Shown here: piece after piece, positions 62,841 to 64,000 of the stretch | How positions within the stretch are numbered: the stretch's first letter is position 1 | How the letters are laid out: each line of letters opens with the position of its first letter | NCBI GenBank assembly: GCA_013239625.1 | Contig: MU054323.1 | Coordinates: 19,675,082-19,739,081, forward strand | Source: Lama guanicoe | Taxonomy: Eukaryota | Direction: 5' to 3' | Length of the DNA stretch: 64,000 nt | Notes under the pieces: model-generated | Database searches by the model: none | What the model was told of the DNA's origin: nothing | What the model saw: only the letters and a program-made list of their open reading frames with translations | Made by a program: the position numbers and the translations under genes

Positions 62841-64000
62841 CGACCACAATACGGTGCTTCCCATTGGTCACCAGCTCCCCTGTCCTCATATCTATTCATA
62901 GTGACCCCAAATCTAGGCCACACGGTATGGAGAGTCCACTGGGCCTTCAATGACTCACATCTGGAAAGCAGGCCCTTGTTTTCAAAACGCCTTCACGCCA
63001 CTTTCTCCCCTGGTCTTTACAGCTGGGTCTTTGTGGTCATCCTTGCCTTTCAGCAAGTGCTGTGGCCTGGGCGATGTGGGATACGTGGTTTATAGGCAAG
63101 GCCAGGCTTTATTCCGTGTCATGGGTCGGCTCCTTACGCCTGTGAGGGCAACACAGGCTTGGCATCTGAGAGAACGTGCCCGGAGGAAACGGCCCTGTCA
63201 GTGCGCAGGTACTCATTTAAACTCCAGACCCCGGTTTTTAAGACACACATCTGCAGTGGGCCTGTATATTGCGATAGATGAAAACAGAAATGGTTTTCCG
63301 TTGTATCTGTTATTATTAGATCTGACCTACCATCAAAAGAGCAAAGAAAGAGTGCAAAATTAAAGGTGATTTGATATTAGCCTCCTATCCATATTAGAAA
63401 ACGTAACTGCTCTTGTGGTTTTCCTCACAGAGGTGTCTTTATTCATTTGACATGCCTTTAATAACTAATTCTAGTTGTCTGGTTGCCAAGAAAGATTTCC
63501 TACAGGCAGACTTGAAAGTGACTCGGAACTCTTTGCATGCCCGGCTTCAAATGATCCCAGAACAGCAAACAGTCAGCTTCCCTCCAGACTTCTGAAGTGT
63601 GGGAATAACATGAAAGAATGAACAGTGTGCTTCGGCAGCCTGCACACGCTGGGAGTGGAGCTGGCTGGCAGAGCTGCGGCTGGGTCCGCATGGATCAGGC
63701 AGAGTGAGATTTGAAATAATCTCATGAACATGATCCATGGAGTCCACCGTACCGAATTATTTATTTCAAGAAAATAAATCTACTTTGGGGGCCAGAATGA
63801 CCCAGGTCAGTCCTACACAGACGGAGTTTTCCTCTGCCTGTGTAGACCTGGAGTGGGCAGAGAAAGACAGGGAAAACCGTCACGATTGCTCTCACAGGGT
63901 CACGACCAAAGATCACACACCATGACTCTGTATGAATATTCATTACCATGATTATTGATTCATCTACATATGCCAGGCTAAGTGGGCAACGTACATAATC

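Overview
Mammalian genomic DNA. It is most likely camelid (camel/alpaca), judging from six copies of a tRNA-derived SINE of Vic-1 type and cetartiodactyl-type L1 3' ends. I recognise no intact protein-coding gene: the ORF track is mostly chance ORFs or repeat remnants, so the window looks intergenic or intronic. It is dense in transposon fossils (MIR, L2, L3/CR1, old and young L1, MaLR MLT1 LTRs, ERVL/ERV1 solo LTRs, MER5/MER53 MITEs and a near full-length hAT-Charlie fossil with transposase remnants). These are interleaved with repeat-free, motif-rich blocks that look regulatory. The clearest unusual item is a perfect 5'-half tRNA-Lys(CTT) retrocopy with no poly(A) tail and a 14-bp target-site duplication (2149-2212). 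A second tailless, doubly truncated L1 insertion lies at about 26.2 kb. Around 44.1-44.8 kb there is a candidate promoter/first exon with an opposite-strand candidate exon. Repeat subfamily names are from recall, not from a database search, and boundaries are approximate unless a TSD is given. I cannot support a novel multi-gene system here.
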